Positions 45,664-55,142 of a DNA stretch of 64,000 bases are shown piece after piece (position 1 is the first letter of the stretch; each line of letters starts with the position of its first letter). The position numbers and the translations under genes were made by a program. The stretch covers positions 322,732 through 386,731 of the forward strand of contig MPNC01000003.1 in assembly GCA_002238825.1 (NCBI GenBank). Reading direction: 5' to 3'. This stretch comes from SAR202 cluster bacterium bin87 (GTDB taxonomy: Bacteria; Chloroflexota; Dehalococcoidia; Lucifugimonadales; UBA3495). The notes below the pieces were generated by a model. That model had not been told where the DNA came from and ran no database searches. It saw nothing but the letters and a program-made list of their open reading frames with translations.

Positions 45664-45841
45664 GGTCCCGATGCGCCTGACGTTCGCCAGCGCATGGAGT
45701 TTCGTGCGTCGCTCAGCACCGAAAGATGCGATCCAATCTTTGGCCTCGCCCGGCCTTGCGACGCTGTGGCACCGGCGAAGTTGCTTCGTTTCAATTTAGG
45801 AAGAAGCTGCATCGCCTGGAGCGCCAAGGTTGCCACACGCA

Positions 45842-46471
45842 CTAACGCTGTGCATCACCCAGGTACCCCGGGCCCTGCAGCGGGCTGTCAAAATGCTCGC
45901 CCATTTTCAGCGTGCCCAGGACATCGTTCCACGTGGATTTTGCGCGTTGCGTGTCCTCGGGCCAGTAGCTGAGGGTGAGCAGGGCGTGGATGGACTTTTG
46001 GGGATCCCGGGTGATCGCCTGGATTGAGTGGGCCGGACGCTTCTCACCCGGGTCGAAGAACTCTGATTCGATCCAGGCCATCTCCAGGTTGCCCAGTTTG
46101 ACGGTGATCGGCGAACCGCGTTTGGTGTCTTCCGGACCTCTGCGCCGCCGGCGGCTGGCCCGGCCGCGGCGGACTGGGGCATCGTCGGAGGTCACGTCCT
46201 TGATCAATTGGTGCAGGGGCAAGCTGCTCCAGTCTATGTTCATGCCGTAACCGGCATAGAATATCGTGACCTCCAGGATCATCGTGTCGTCGGGGTGCGG
46301 AGCGTCTCGGAACTTCACCGACTTGCGGGAAGGTTCCACCAGCCATTCCTGGGGGATTTCAAAGCGCAGCGCGCCCCGGTCGGCGATGAACACCTTGTTC
46401 CCCGGCTTGGCGGTCCACCCGTGGTTATCCGGAAGGTTGAAAACCTCTTTGCGCCAGTTCTCGTTTTCCAC
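45842..46471 (-). CDS. Hypothetical protein (209 aa) with a central Arg-rich linker
   Basis: ORF with good coding composition. Central RRGRASRRRRRG linker. No family recognised. Confidence 0.55.
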   Translation of the reverse strand: MENENWRKEVFNLPDNHGWTAKPGNKVFIADRGALRFEIPQEWLVEPSRKSVKFRDAPHPDDTMILEVTIFYAGYGMNIDWSSLPLHQLIKDVTSDDAPVRRGRASRRRRRGPEDTKRGSPITVKLGNLEMAWIESEFFDPGEKRPAHSIQAITRDPQKSIHALLTLSYWPEDTQRAKSTWNDVLGTLKMGEHFDSPLQGPGYLGDAQR

Positions 46472-46535
46472 AGGTCACCCGCCTCGCGTTCGAGCAGTCC
46501 GAAGATATGCCGGCATTATAGACGATGCCGCCGAC

Positions 46536-46675
46536 GTTCAGGCGTACCCATTTTGTCATCGCGAGGAGCGTAGCGACGTGGCGATCTCGTTCCCGTATTA
46601 GCGTTCCTTGCCCCAACTAGATTGCCGCGCTTCGCTCACAATGTCGGGATCCAGTGAAAGTGGATACGCATTAGG
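46536..46675. repeat. Approx. 140-bp hairpin repeat, an inverted-orientation copy of the 28541-28695 family with an internal deletion
   Basis: GCGTACCCATTTTGTCATCGCGAGGAGCG...ATTGCCGCGCTTCGCTCACAATG...CCAGTGAAAGTGGATACGC aligns to the reverse complement of 28541-28695. Confidence 0.6.
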
Positions 46676-46735
46676 GCGCCGATGGAATTGCCGGGGTTGT
46701 CGGCACCTGCTCGACCTCGAGTTGGACTGCCCCGC

Positions 46736-47560
46736 CTATCCGTTCCCGCTGCTGACGTCCCGGCGTTCTGTCACCAGCCCCGCCAGCGCGGCGAAGACGG
46801 CGGCGTAGGCCACGACCGCTGGCAGGAACACCCACGGGCCGATCTCGTCGTCGCGCCCCATCAGGCCGCGGGTGACGCCCCACAGCGTCCAGCGGGTGTA
46901 ATCGCCCAGGTTGACCTCCAGCACGAGTTGGGAAATCAAGCCCGCCGCGGGATACGCGATCGACTCGACGATCAAGATGGCGATGCCAACACCCAGTCCG
47001 AATGCCGTGGAACGTCCTACGGCGCACAGCAACGCCCCCAGCAGCAGGTAGGCGATTGTAACCGGCCAAGCGGACACGAAGGCGCCCGCGCTCTCGGCCC
47101 AGCTGCCGGAGTCCCACGGCATGATTTCCACCCCCGTCGCCGCCGGCTCTGCCGCGACCATGCCAACCCCGGCGGCCAGCAGCCACGACACAATCCACAC
47201 AACCACCAGCACCAACGCCGCCAGGGCGAGCTTTGCCGTGAGCACGTGCCAGCGACGCTGACCCCTGGCGAATAGCGGGCGGAAGGTTCCCCATCCATAA
47301 TCACTGCCGAGGACCATGCCCGCCAGGACTATTCCCAGGAATGGGCCCAGCCGCGATAGCAACTCGAATACCAGCAGCGGGTAACCGTATGGTGGTATCG
47401 AGAAGCTGGACTGAACCAGCCGCAGCACTCCGGCGGACACGGCCAGCGTGCCGACCACCGCCAGCGCCAGCAGGCCCAGGATCACCCAGAACTCGGTCCT
47501 CCGGCGCAGTCGGAACCACTCCCACCGCATCATGTTGGGCACCATGGCGAACGTGGTCAT
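46736..47560 (-). CDS. ABC-2 type transporter permease
   Basis: Start MTTFAMVPNMMRWEWFRL. Six TM helices. ATGA overlap with the upstream ATPase gene. The 481-aa ORF in the track is an artefactual fusion. Confidence 0.75.
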   Translation of the reverse strand: MTTFAMVPNMMRWEWFRLRRRTEFWVILGLLALAVVGTLAVSAGVLRLVQSSFSIPPYGYPLLVFELLSRLGPFLGIVLAGMVLGSDYGWGTFRPLFARGQRRWHVLTAKLALAALVLVVVWIVSWLLAAGVGMVAAEPAATGVEIMPWDSGSWAESAGAFVSAWPVTIAYLLLGALLCAVGRSTAFGLGVGIAILIVESIAYPAAGLISQLVLEVNLGDYTRWTLWGVTRGLMGRDDEIGPWVFLPAVVAYAAVFAALAGLVTERRDVSSGNG

Positions 47561-48510
47561 TCGGGTTCCTGCTCCGCCTGGCCGGTGACTTCCATGAACC
47601 CGGCCTCCAGGGAACCGGACGCCGGCCGCAGTTGGGAGATGTACACGCCGGCGTTGGCAAGGTCCCGACTGATTTCCCACTCGCGTCCCGACGCGACCGC
47701 CACCTCCAGCCCGTCCTCGGATCGGCTCCTGATATCCCAGCCGGCGTCCGCCAGAGCGGTGACTGCGCGGTCGTCGTCGGTGGTGCGAACCAGCGCCGAG
47801 GCGGAAGCGCTCATGTCGGCAACGGCTCCGCAATACAGCAACTTGCCTCGCCTCAGCACGGCAACCTGGTCGCAGACCTGTTCCACCTCGTTGAGCAGGT
47901 GGCTCGCTAGGATCACGGTGCGGCGTCCGCCGGCGGCCAGGCTCCGGATGAGATCGCGCACTTCGACGATTCCCACCGGGTCCAGCCCGTTGGTCGGCTC
48001 GTCGAGGATCAGGAGCGACGGGTCGCCCAGCAGGGTGGCGGCGATGCCCAGGCGTTGCTTCATGCCGGTGGAACAGGCGCGGAACTTGCGGCGGGCCGCA
48101 TCGCCGCCCAGGTTGACGGCGTCCAGCAGGTCCTCGACCTCCGCGTCGCCGCCGTCCGAGCCGTATACGCCCTGCAGGCACTTCAGGTTGTCCCGGCAGG
48201 ACAGGTAGGGCCAGAAGATGGGGCGCTCGATCAGCGCTCCAACGTTATGCAACGCCTGCGCCTGTCCGGCCGGACCGTCGTGCCCGAACAAAGTCATCGA
48301 CCCGTCGGTGGGGTTGATGAAGCCGGACAACATGGAGAGCAGGGTGGTCTTGCCCGACCCGTTGGGACCGAGCAGTCCGAACACGCCGCCCGAGGGTATG
48401 TCCAGGCTGACGCCATCCACCGCCGTGACCCGGCCGAACCGCTTGGTCAGGCCCGAAACCGAGACGGCCGGCGTGACCCCCTCAAAGGACGTGGGAACGG
48501 CGTCAGTCAC
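47557..48510 (-). CDS. ABC transporter ATP-binding protein
   Basis: Walker A GPNGSGKTT, signature STGMKQR, Walker B LLILDEP. Confidence 0.9.
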   Translation of the reverse strand: MTDAVPTSFEGVTPAVSVSGLTKRFGRVTAVDGVSLDIPSGGVFGLLGPNGSGKTTLLSMLSGFINPTDGSMTLFGHDGPAGQAQALHNVGALIERPIFWPYLSCRDNLKCLQGVYGSDGGDAEVEDLLDAVNLGGDAARRKFRACSTGMKQRLGIAATLLGDPSLLILDEPTNGLDPVGIVEVRDLIRSLAAGGRRTVILASHLLNEVEQVCDQVAVLRRGKLLYCGAVADMSASASALVRTTDDDRAVTALADAGWDIRSRSEDGLEVAVASGREWEISRDLANAGVYISQLRPASGSLEAGFMEVTGQAEQEPE

Positions 48511-48519
48511 GGCAGCGGA

Positions 48520-49722
48520 TTAGACCAGAACGTCAAAGCCGTAGCCCGCGTTGTTCAGGGCTCCGTCGTCAAACCGTGACAGGTTCAACGGAGAGATATC
48601 CATGGTGGTGGCCGCGCCGCTGCCGATTAATTCGGCCATCAGCACGCCCACCATGGGAGACAGCTTGAAGCCGTGGCCGCTGAAACCGGTGCACAGGTAC
48701 ATCCCGTCCACGCCGTCGACGCGATCCATGATGGGATGCGAGTCCGGCGTGTTGGTGTACAGCCCGGCGTAGCCCGCCGCCAGTTCCGCGTCGGCGATGG
48801 CGGGAATCCGGCGAGCCAGGCGCTGCCACACATCCTCAATGAACGACGGGCTGGCGCGCTGGGCAAACACCTCGGGGTCGTCGACCACATCGGATTGGTT
48901 GCCGTTGCCGACCAGCGTGAGGTCCTGCCCCTCGGGCCGGAAGTAGATGCGATTTCCGATGTCGGCCCCGCCCGGATGGTAGGGCACCACGTCCAGCGGC
49001 CGCCGGAAGTGCAGCACCTCGTGGCGTGTTGCCACCAAGGGAACGTCGATGCCGTGGGGTGCGAGGAAGCGCGCGGTCCACGGGCCGGTGGCCACCACGG
49101 CGATGCCGGTCTCAATGCGCTCTCCGGAAGCGGTTCGGACCGCCACGACCCGGCTGCCGTCGTCGCTGGTTTCGATGGCTTCCGCTGGCGTCTGCAGTCG
49201 GATGGTCACGCCCTCGCTCCTGGCGCGGGTGGCGTAGGCGTAGGCCGTTCCCGAGGCGTCGGCGTGGCCGGAGTAGGGCTCGTAGGCGATGCTGGCCGCG
49301 TCGGCAACCTCAAATCCGGGCGCCAGTTCCGCCGCGTCGGCGGCGCTGATGATGTCGGTGATCACGCCCACCGACTGCTGCGTGGCGATGTTGGCTCGGA
49401 AGGAGGGCAGGTCATCGGCGCCGGCAAAGACCAGATAGCCGGTGCGGGTGTAACCGCACTCGCCGCCGATCATGTCGGCGAAGTTGCGGAAGATGTGCAG
49501 GCTCCGCCACGCCAGCTCGGCGTTGACGGCGGTGGAGTAATGCATGCGGATCGCGCCGCTGCTGCGTCCGGTGGATCCGCTGCCCAGCGTGTCCCGTTCC
49601 AGCAGCACGATGCGGCGGAGGCCGTGGTCGGCGGCGGTCAGTGCCAGGTTGCAGGCGATGCTGCAGCCCATCACGCCTCCCCCGATGATTACGACATCGG
49701 CAGTTTCGTTCGCACTGGTCAT
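48520..49722 (-). CDS. FAD-dependent oxidoreductase (DAO family; sarcosine oxidase beta / glycine oxidase-like)
   Basis: DVVIIGGGVMGCSIACNLA... and C-terminal ...LCTGFSGHGFKLSP... Confidence 0.85.
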   Translation of the reverse strand: MTSANETADVVIIGGGVMGCSIACNLALTAADHGLRRIVLLERDTLGSGSTGRSSGAIRMHYSTAVNAELAWRSLHIFRNFADMIGGECGYTRTGYLVFAGADDLPSFRANIATQQSVGVITDIISAADAAELAPGFEVADAASIAYEPYSGHADASGTAYAYATRARSEGVTIRLQTPAEAIETSDDGSRVVAVRTASGERIETGIAVVATGPWTARFLAPHGIDVPLVATRHEVLHFRRPLDVVPYHPGGADIGNRIYFRPEGQDLTLVGNGNQSDVVDDPEVFAQRASPSFIEDVWQRLARRIPAIADAELAAGYAGLYTNTPDSHPIMDRVDGVDGMYLCTGFSGHGFKLSPMVGVLMAELIGSGAATTMDISPLNLSRFDDGALNNAGYGFDVLV

Positions 49723-50210
49723 TCTGCGGACGCTTCGGTTGGGAACAATTCCTGGAGGAGGTCGATAGCTGCCGCCACGGCATCCGCCCGTCGCGTTACC
49801 GTTTCGTCGGGCAGGTCGTTCTCGTAGAAATGGATATGCAGGCTATGAGCCGAATTCATGCCGTTGTCCAAAAGGGACCCGGAAACCGGGTCGGCACTGG
49901 AAACAAGCGCCACCAGTTGTTCAGAAACTCTCAGGATGCTCGTGTGGCTACGGACCCGCAGGCTGCGATCGGCGGCAATTGCCTTAACGGCTTGTGAGTA
50001 CGCCCCCCACGATTTCTCTGCGACCTGCCGATAGTCTCTTGCGTCCAAGCTTTTGCGGACGTGTTCCCGATAATGGACCAAATTGTCTCGGTAGGTCACC
50101 GCCGACTCCTCGGCTTCGGAGTCGGACGACTCAACATCCGGTCGGTTCGGTAGGCCGGCGCGTATCGCGTCGCTCACTTGTTGGGGTGAAAGGTTTGATG
50201 AACCCGTCAT
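49719..50210 (-). CDS. PaREP1/HEPN-superfamily-like protein
   Basis: ...YRQVAEKSWGAYSQAVKAIAADRSLRVRSHTSILRVSEQL... resembles the PaREP1 core (EK.WGA...A.KA.A...G....SH). ATGA overlap with the downstream FAD oxidoreductase gene. Confidence 0.5.
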   Translation of the reverse strand: MTGSSNLSPQQVSDAIRAGLPNRPDVESSDSEAEESAVTYRDNLVHYREHVRKSLDARDYRQVAEKSWGAYSQAVKAIAADRSLRVRSHTSILRVSEQLVALVSSADPVSGSLLDNGMNSAHSLHIHFYENDLPDETVTRRADAVAAAIDLLQELFPTEASAE

Positions 50211-50265
50211 GTGGTAATTCCGCAGCCCTTGCGTCGAATCATAACACGACGCTCCCGCGTGCCAT

Positions 50266-50673
50266 TCATCCGCGGTCCCGCGACCGGCGAACGCGGAAGC
50301 TGGCGCCCCGTTGTTTCCGCATCCAGCGCAGGAAGTCGGCGACCCTGGAGTTCGACCGGAGCAGCGCCACGCTGTACATCTCCTCGGCCAGCGTGGTCAC
50401 CGAAAACATGGCGTGCACCTGCCGGTGACAGGTAGGGCAGAGCAGCGCCTTCGGCCCGTGGTTCCCTCCCCGCGCTCGGGGAATCAAATGGTGGACGGTG
50501 AATCGATCCACCGTCCGTTCGCAGAGTTCGCAGGCGCTGGGGCCGTCTCCCGGGCGTCGCCATCGTACCGCGCCGTCGGGTTCGCCGGATGCGTGAGTAG
50601 GTACGGATGCGGCGGCTTGCTCTTTGCGCGCGCCGCGAGAACGGGTGCGGGCTGCCCGCCTAGCCATTGCCAC
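50266..50673 (-). CDS. HNH endonuclease (small, basic termini)
   Basis: CELCERTVDRFTVHHLIPRARGGNHGPKALLCPTCHRQVH is a CxxC...HH...N...CxxCH HNH/zinc motif. Confidence 0.8.
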   Translation of the reverse strand: MAMARRAARTRSRGARKEQAAASVPTHASGEPDGAVRWRRPGDGPSACELCERTVDRFTVHHLIPRARGGNHGPKALLCPTCHRQVHAMFSVTTLAEEMYSVALLRSNSRVADFLRWMRKQRGASFRVRRSRDRG

Positions 50674-51148
50674 CCTGGCCGGACGCGTCCAGGAACCGCC
50701 AGCCGGGAAGGTCCACCTGCCATTGCGCGTCTTCGAGCAGCATGGGGATCATCAGGCCCGACATCAGGCGGCTGTGCTGCACCACGGTCTCATCGGTCAC
50801 GCCGAAGGGCAGAAACACGAAAGCGTGCTTGTCATCCACGTAGCGGGTGGGCGCGGCGGCCAGTTCGGTAAGGTCTTCCAGGGGCCACAAGCGCAGGACG
50901 GTGGTCCGGAAGTCGTCCATCATTGAATCGCGCATGGGATGATCCGGATCGTAGGCGGCGCGGTAGGCCACCTGCATGTCGATGTTGAGCCGTGTCGCCC
51001 ACACGCCCATGCGCATGCCCCGGGTCTCCTTGGACAGCATTGACCAGGCCAGATCCATGTCCCCATCACGGATGGACTCGGCGAACAGGCCGGCACGCTG
51101 CCCCACCTCGTCGGGTTCCTGGCTGCGGCGTTGTCCGGGCATTCGCAT
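50660..51148 (-). CDS. Hypothetical protein (162 aa)
   Basis: ORF overlapping the HNH gene start by 14 nt. No family recognised. Confidence 0.55.
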   Translation of the reverse strand: MRMPGQRRSQEPDEVGQRAGLFAESIRDGDMDLAWSMLSKETRGMRMGVWATRLNIDMQVAYRAAYDPDHPMRDSMMDDFRTTVLRLWPLEDLTELAAAPTRYVDDKHAFVFLPFGVTDETVVQHSRLMSGLMIPMLLEDAQWQVDLPGWRFLDASGQGGNG

Positions 51149-51193
51149 GCTGATTGTCCTTGGTGCAGTTGGCGCGGGATCGACGAAAGACGC

Positions 51194-52951
51194 TCAATAC
51201 CCCACGGCGTACCCGTCGTAGCGGGGGTCGGCGGCGCCGTGCAGCGCTCCGGTGTCGCGGTCGATGTACAGGGCCATCTCGCGACCGGTTACCCCGTCCC
51301 ACGCGCCCAGCTCGTGCACCGGGTGGCCCATGGCCCGCAGTTGACGCAGCGCGCCCGCGTCAAACCGGTTCTCGATGAGGAGCCGGTCCTCCGCCGTGTG
51401 CGGGATCGTGGACTCGGTTCCGTCGCCGACATGCTTCCAGCGCGGCGCTTCCACGGCTTCCTGAACCGTCATCCCGTGGTCCACCAGGTTGGTGATGACC
51501 TGCATGTTGCTCTGCACCTGGCAGTCTGCGCCCGGCGTGCCCAACACGTAGGTCAACCGGCGCTCGGCTGATGCGCTGCCGTTGTTCCCGTTCTCCGCCG
51601 ATCCGTCAGGCCGGCGGAAAACCATGACGGGGTTCATGGTGTGCCGGACGCGCTTGCCCGGCTGCAGGCAGTCCACATGGTCCGGGTCCAGGTGCCAGTA
51701 GGTCATGCGGTTGTTCAGCAGGATACCGGTATCGCCGGCTACCAGCGAGGAGCCCCAGCCGCTCTGGATGCTCTGCAACTGGCATACGGCGTTGCCGGCC
51801 CGGTCCGCCACCACGAAACAGGTGGTGTCTTCCTGCTCGGAGCGGGGGCCGCGACGTCGCGCGCCCACTCCCGCCGGCGACCGGCGCTGACCCGCCGGCT
51901 GGTGTGGCCAGGGATCCCCGGCGGCCATGTTCTCCGAGGCCCGCGCCGGGTCGATGGTTGCGGCGCGTTCCCGGGCGTACTCGGCGGACAGCATCCCGGC
52001 GACGGGCACGTCGATATAATCGGGATCTGCCACGTAGGCCTCCCGGTCCGCGAACGCCATCTTCTTGGCCTCCACCATCAGGTGGATGGATGCTGCGGAA
52101 CCGAACCCCAGGCTCGCCATGTCGTGCTGCCGGATGACGTTGAGCTCCTGCAGCAGGATGTGCCCGCTGGAGTTTGGAGGCGCTTCGTAAACCGTGTAGT
52201 CCCCGTAGTCCGTGGAGATCGGATCCTGCCAGCGCGCCGAGCAGTCGTCCAGGTCGGCCATGGTGAGCAGGCCGCCCTGCTCGTCGCTGAAGCGCACGAT
52301 GGCTTCGGCGATCTCGCCCCGGTAGAAGGCGTCTCTGCCCTGCACGGCGATGGCGGACAACGTGCGGGCCAGGTTCGCCTGCCGCAGAATGTCTCCGGCT
52401 CGCAGGGGCTCGCCCGACCCGTCCCGGGTGAAGATCGCCCGGCTGGTGGGAAACTCGCACAGCAGCGAATCGCCGGCGATGGCCGACGCCAGGTAGTGCG
52501 TCACCGGGAACCCGTCGTCGGCAAGGGCGATGGCGGGACCAAACACCTCGGTCAGCGGCAGCGATCCGTACTCGGCATGGACGTCCAGCCACGCGTTGAG
52601 CAAGCCGGGCACCGAAACGCTCAGGATGCCTTTCATCGGGATGCCGTCGCGATACCGCTCCAGGGTTGCCCTGTAGGGTGCGGCCCCGGTCCCGTTGGAC
52701 AGCCGCAGGGAGTCGTCGTCGGAGCGGTAGGCCATGATGAACCCGTCCCCACCGATGCCCGACATCAGCGGTTCAACAACGTTCAGCACGGCGGCGGTGG
52801 CAATGGCGGCATCGAAGGCGTTGCCGCCCTTCTGCAGGAAGGATACGCCGGCCTGGGCGGCCAGGGGATGGCCGGCGCAGACCATGCCGTTGCGCCCCAT
52901 GACCACCGGGCGGTGGGCCGAGTAACGGATGCCGTGGGGTGTGGCTGACAT
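51194..52951 (-). CDS. ggt: Gamma-glutamyltransferase
   Basis: ...GGNAFDAAIA...EPLMSGIGGDGF... and the autoprocessing site ...EDTTCFVVAD... (Thr nucleophile). Confidence 0.9.
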   Translation of the reverse strand: MSATPHGIRYSAHRPVVMGRNGMVCAGHPLAAQAGVSFLQKGGNAFDAAIATAAVLNVVEPLMSGIGGDGFIMAYRSDDDSLRLSNGTGAAPYRATLERYRDGIPMKGILSVSVPGLLNAWLDVHAEYGSLPLTEVFGPAIALADDGFPVTHYLASAIAGDSLLCEFPTSRAIFTRDGSGEPLRAGDILRQANLARTLSAIAVQGRDAFYRGEIAEAIVRFSDEQGGLLTMADLDDCSARWQDPISTDYGDYTVYEAPPNSSGHILLQELNVIRQHDMASLGFGSAASIHLMVEAKKMAFADREAYVADPDYIDVPVAGMLSAEYARERAATIDPARASENMAAGDPWPHQPAGQRRSPAGVGARRRGPRSEQEDTTCFVVADRAGNAVCQLQSIQSGWGSSLVAGDTGILLNNRMTYWHLDPDHVDCLQPGKRVRHTMNPVMVFRRPDGSAENGNNGSASAERRLTYVLGTPGADCQVQSNMQVITNLVDHGMTVQEAVEAPRWKHVGDGTESTIPHTAEDRLLIENRFDAGALRQLRAMGHPVHELGAWDGVTGREMALYIDRDTGALHGAADPRYDGYAVGY

Positions 52952-53042
52952 CGGGACGTCGCTCCTTGTGTTTGGGTTGCAGGTCAGTCAGCGCTGCCGA
53001 GTACGGCACGACGCATCGGGCGCGTTCTGGGCTGGGATGGCG

Positions 53043-53897
53043 TCAGGACGCCGGCGCGGTGACGGGACGGATCGAAGCCAGCATGTCGATGGACACGCCG
53101 CCCTTGGAGAAAAAGACCTCCAGCTCGTGAGTATACATGCCACCGGAACTGCGCAGGGTGTTGAGCAGGGTGTCGGTGCCGATGCTCAGGATGGAAGAGG
53201 GCTCGTGCTGCACGGTTTCCAGGTTTTTCGCCCCGCAAAGGTCCAGCGCGGCAAAGATCGTGTCGTGCAGGAATGCCTCGTCAAGGTCGGTGTTTTCCAG
53301 CACCGCCAGGTTGAAGTTGGCGTGGGCCAGGTTCGCCTTGGCCAGGGTCGCGTCCGTGAAAACCGTCTTGTAGAAGGTGGAATTCGACAGGTTGGCGGAT
53401 TGCATGTCGGCCCAGGACAGGTCGGCCTCCGAGAAATCGGAACGGCTGCAATAGGTGCCCCGCAGCACCGAGTAACCCAGATCGGCGCTCCGCAGGTTGA
53501 TCTGGCTCAGGTCGGCCCGCGCCAGGTTGGCGCCCTGCAGTAGCGCGTGGGACAGGTTGGCCTCCCGCAGGGTTGCGCCCTGCAGGCTCGCGCCGCGCAG
53601 GTCCGCGCTCTGCAGGTTCGCGCCGGTCAGGTCGCAAAAGTGAAGGTCCGCGCCGCGCAGGTCGCAGTCGCCAAGGTCGGAGCCGCTGAAGTTCAGGTGC
53701 GTGAGATTGGCCCACGACAAATTTGCCCCGTGAAGCCGTGCGTCGGCAAAGGAAGTGCCGGAGAGGTCTGCGTTGGACCTCAGGTCGTTCCAGGCAGACA
53801 CGTCCTTGCGCAAACGGCTCAGGCATTGCTCCTTCGAGACGGTGGGCCAGATTTTCATTCCCGGACTCCTGATTGAAAGATTGTCCCATGATGACAA
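53043..53897 (-). CDS. Pentapeptide-repeat protein
   Basis: About 30 consecutive A(D/N)LxX pentapeptides (ANLSWANLTHLNFSGSDLGDCDLRGADL...). The start may instead be MKIWPT at 53855. Confidence 0.85.
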   Translation of the reverse strand: MSSWDNLSIRSPGMKIWPTVSKEQCLSRLRKDVSAWNDLRSNADLSGTSFADARLHGANLSWANLTHLNFSGSDLGDCDLRGADLHFCDLTGANLQSADLRGASLQGATLREANLSHALLQGANLARADLSQINLRSADLGYSVLRGTYCSRSDFSEADLSWADMQSANLSNSTFYKTVFTDATLAKANLAHANFNLAVLENTDLDEAFLHDTIFAALDLCGAKNLETVQHEPSSILSIGTDTLLNTLRSSGGMYTHELEVFFSKGGVSIDMLASIRPVTAPAS

Positions 53898-54069
53898 AGA
53901 ATGCCCTATGATGACAATGTTCGAATCGATTAATCAACAGCCCGCGCTGCCGTTATGGGGCTTTGGCGCGCTGCTATGCGAAAGCCCCGGCAACCGGTGG
54001 CGCCGGGGCAATTGATTCGGTTGTCGGCGATCCCTGGCGCCGCCAGGGACTGCCGAAATTCGGGATCGG

Positions 54070-54456
54070 CTAGTGCCCGCCGCAACCGCCGCCGCCGCAG
54101 CCGCAACCACCGCCGCCGCCGCCACATCCGCCACTGCCGCAGCCGCAACCACCGCTCCCGCATCCGCCGCCGGCGTACATCGGGTTGTTGATGACGAACC
54201 CCACCCGGCCGCCGAACTCCTCGATGTAGTCAATGGTGGCTTCTTCCAGGAACGGGGCGCTGTCGGAGTCCATGAGGAACTCCATGCCGTCCATGCGCAG
54301 CACGGTGTCGTCAGGCTGGTGCTCCTTCTCCATGGTCAGCATATACTGCAGGCCTTGTCCGGCAGGCATGGCAACCACCCGCAGGGCGGAACCGGCCTCG
54401 TCCTCGGCGGTGACAACTTCCTTGAGTTTCTCGATGGCCAGAGGGGTAACGTTCAT
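54070..54456 (-). CDS. IscA/HesB-like Fe-S assembly protein with an expanded Cys/Gly C-terminal tail
   Basis: ITPLAIEKLKEV...LRV...LQYML...IDYIEE..GRVGFVINNP is the HesB fold pattern. It ends GGGCGSGGCGCGSGGCGGGGGGCGCGGGGCGGH*. Start at MNVTPL (54456). Confidence 0.75.
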   Translation of the reverse strand: MNVTPLAIEKLKEVVTAEDEAGSALRVVAMPAGQGLQYMLTMEKEHQPDDTVLRMDGMEFLMDSDSAPFLEEATIDYIEEFGGRVGFVINNPMYAGGGCGSGGCGCGSGGCGGGGGGCGCGGGGCGGH

Positions 54457-54800
54457 CGTCGTCGCTCCTGAATAGCGCAAGTGTTGGGAACTCCAGGCGG
54501 AGTCCCCATGTTTCCACAGTGAGCAAAGCGTATCACGGGGCGATAAGGGCGTCAAACGCGGCGTTGCGTGAGGAAATTCCTCAGCTCCGACCCGTGGTAG
54601 CCCGGCCACAAATCGACCAGCGCATTGACGAATGTGACGATTGATCCAACCGCCCAAACCTTTGCCTCATCCCGTAATTGCCCGAGAGCCGCCACTTGAT
54701 AAAATGCAAGCCGGACAGGATGGCAACACTCGACAAGGGAGCCACCCCCAGCGTGCCGCTTAACCATTGCAACCAGTGTGCCCGAGACACAGGAGGCCCC

Positions 54801-55136
54801 ATGACAGCAGCAGAAATACTGAGCCCGGAGGCCGAACAGAGTGTAGCCCAGATCGTCCTGCAGGACCTGGAACACATAGCCACTGAGGGCATCTCGATCA
54901 ACGAAGTCAGGATCACACCGGGCGAGGACCAATACGGAGACCCGTACTACCACATCGTGGTCGTCTACTCTGGGAACGGCGACCTCCTGGACCCGGCGTG
55001 GCTGAATGGTTTCAAGAGAAGGAACCGTGAAGGTCTCGCGAAGTGGGGCGTCCACCTCACGACGGAATCTTACGTCGAAGTAGCCGAATACAGAGAGTGG
55101 TTAGAGATGTCGAACACTGAATACGATGAGGAGTAG
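54801..55136 (+). CDS. Hypothetical acidic protein (111 aa)
   Basis: AGGAGG RBS before the ATG at 54801. Its stop lies 6 nt before the next gene. Preferred over the antisense ORF 54552-55055. Confidence 0.55.
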   Translation: MTAAEILSPEAEQSVAQIVLQDLEHIATEGISINEVRITPGEDQYGDPYYHIVVVYSGNGDLLDPAWLNGFKRRNREGLAKWGVHLTTESYVEVAEYREWLEMSNTEYDEE

Positions 55137-55142
55137 CAACGC

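Noticed and set aside
54552-55055. 167-aa minus-strand ORF opposite the 54801-55136 gene.
   Set aside because: The plus-strand ORF has a consensus RBS, is coupled to the next gene and has a more protein-like composition. The minus ORF has no RBS and a Cys/Val/Arg-rich odd composition.
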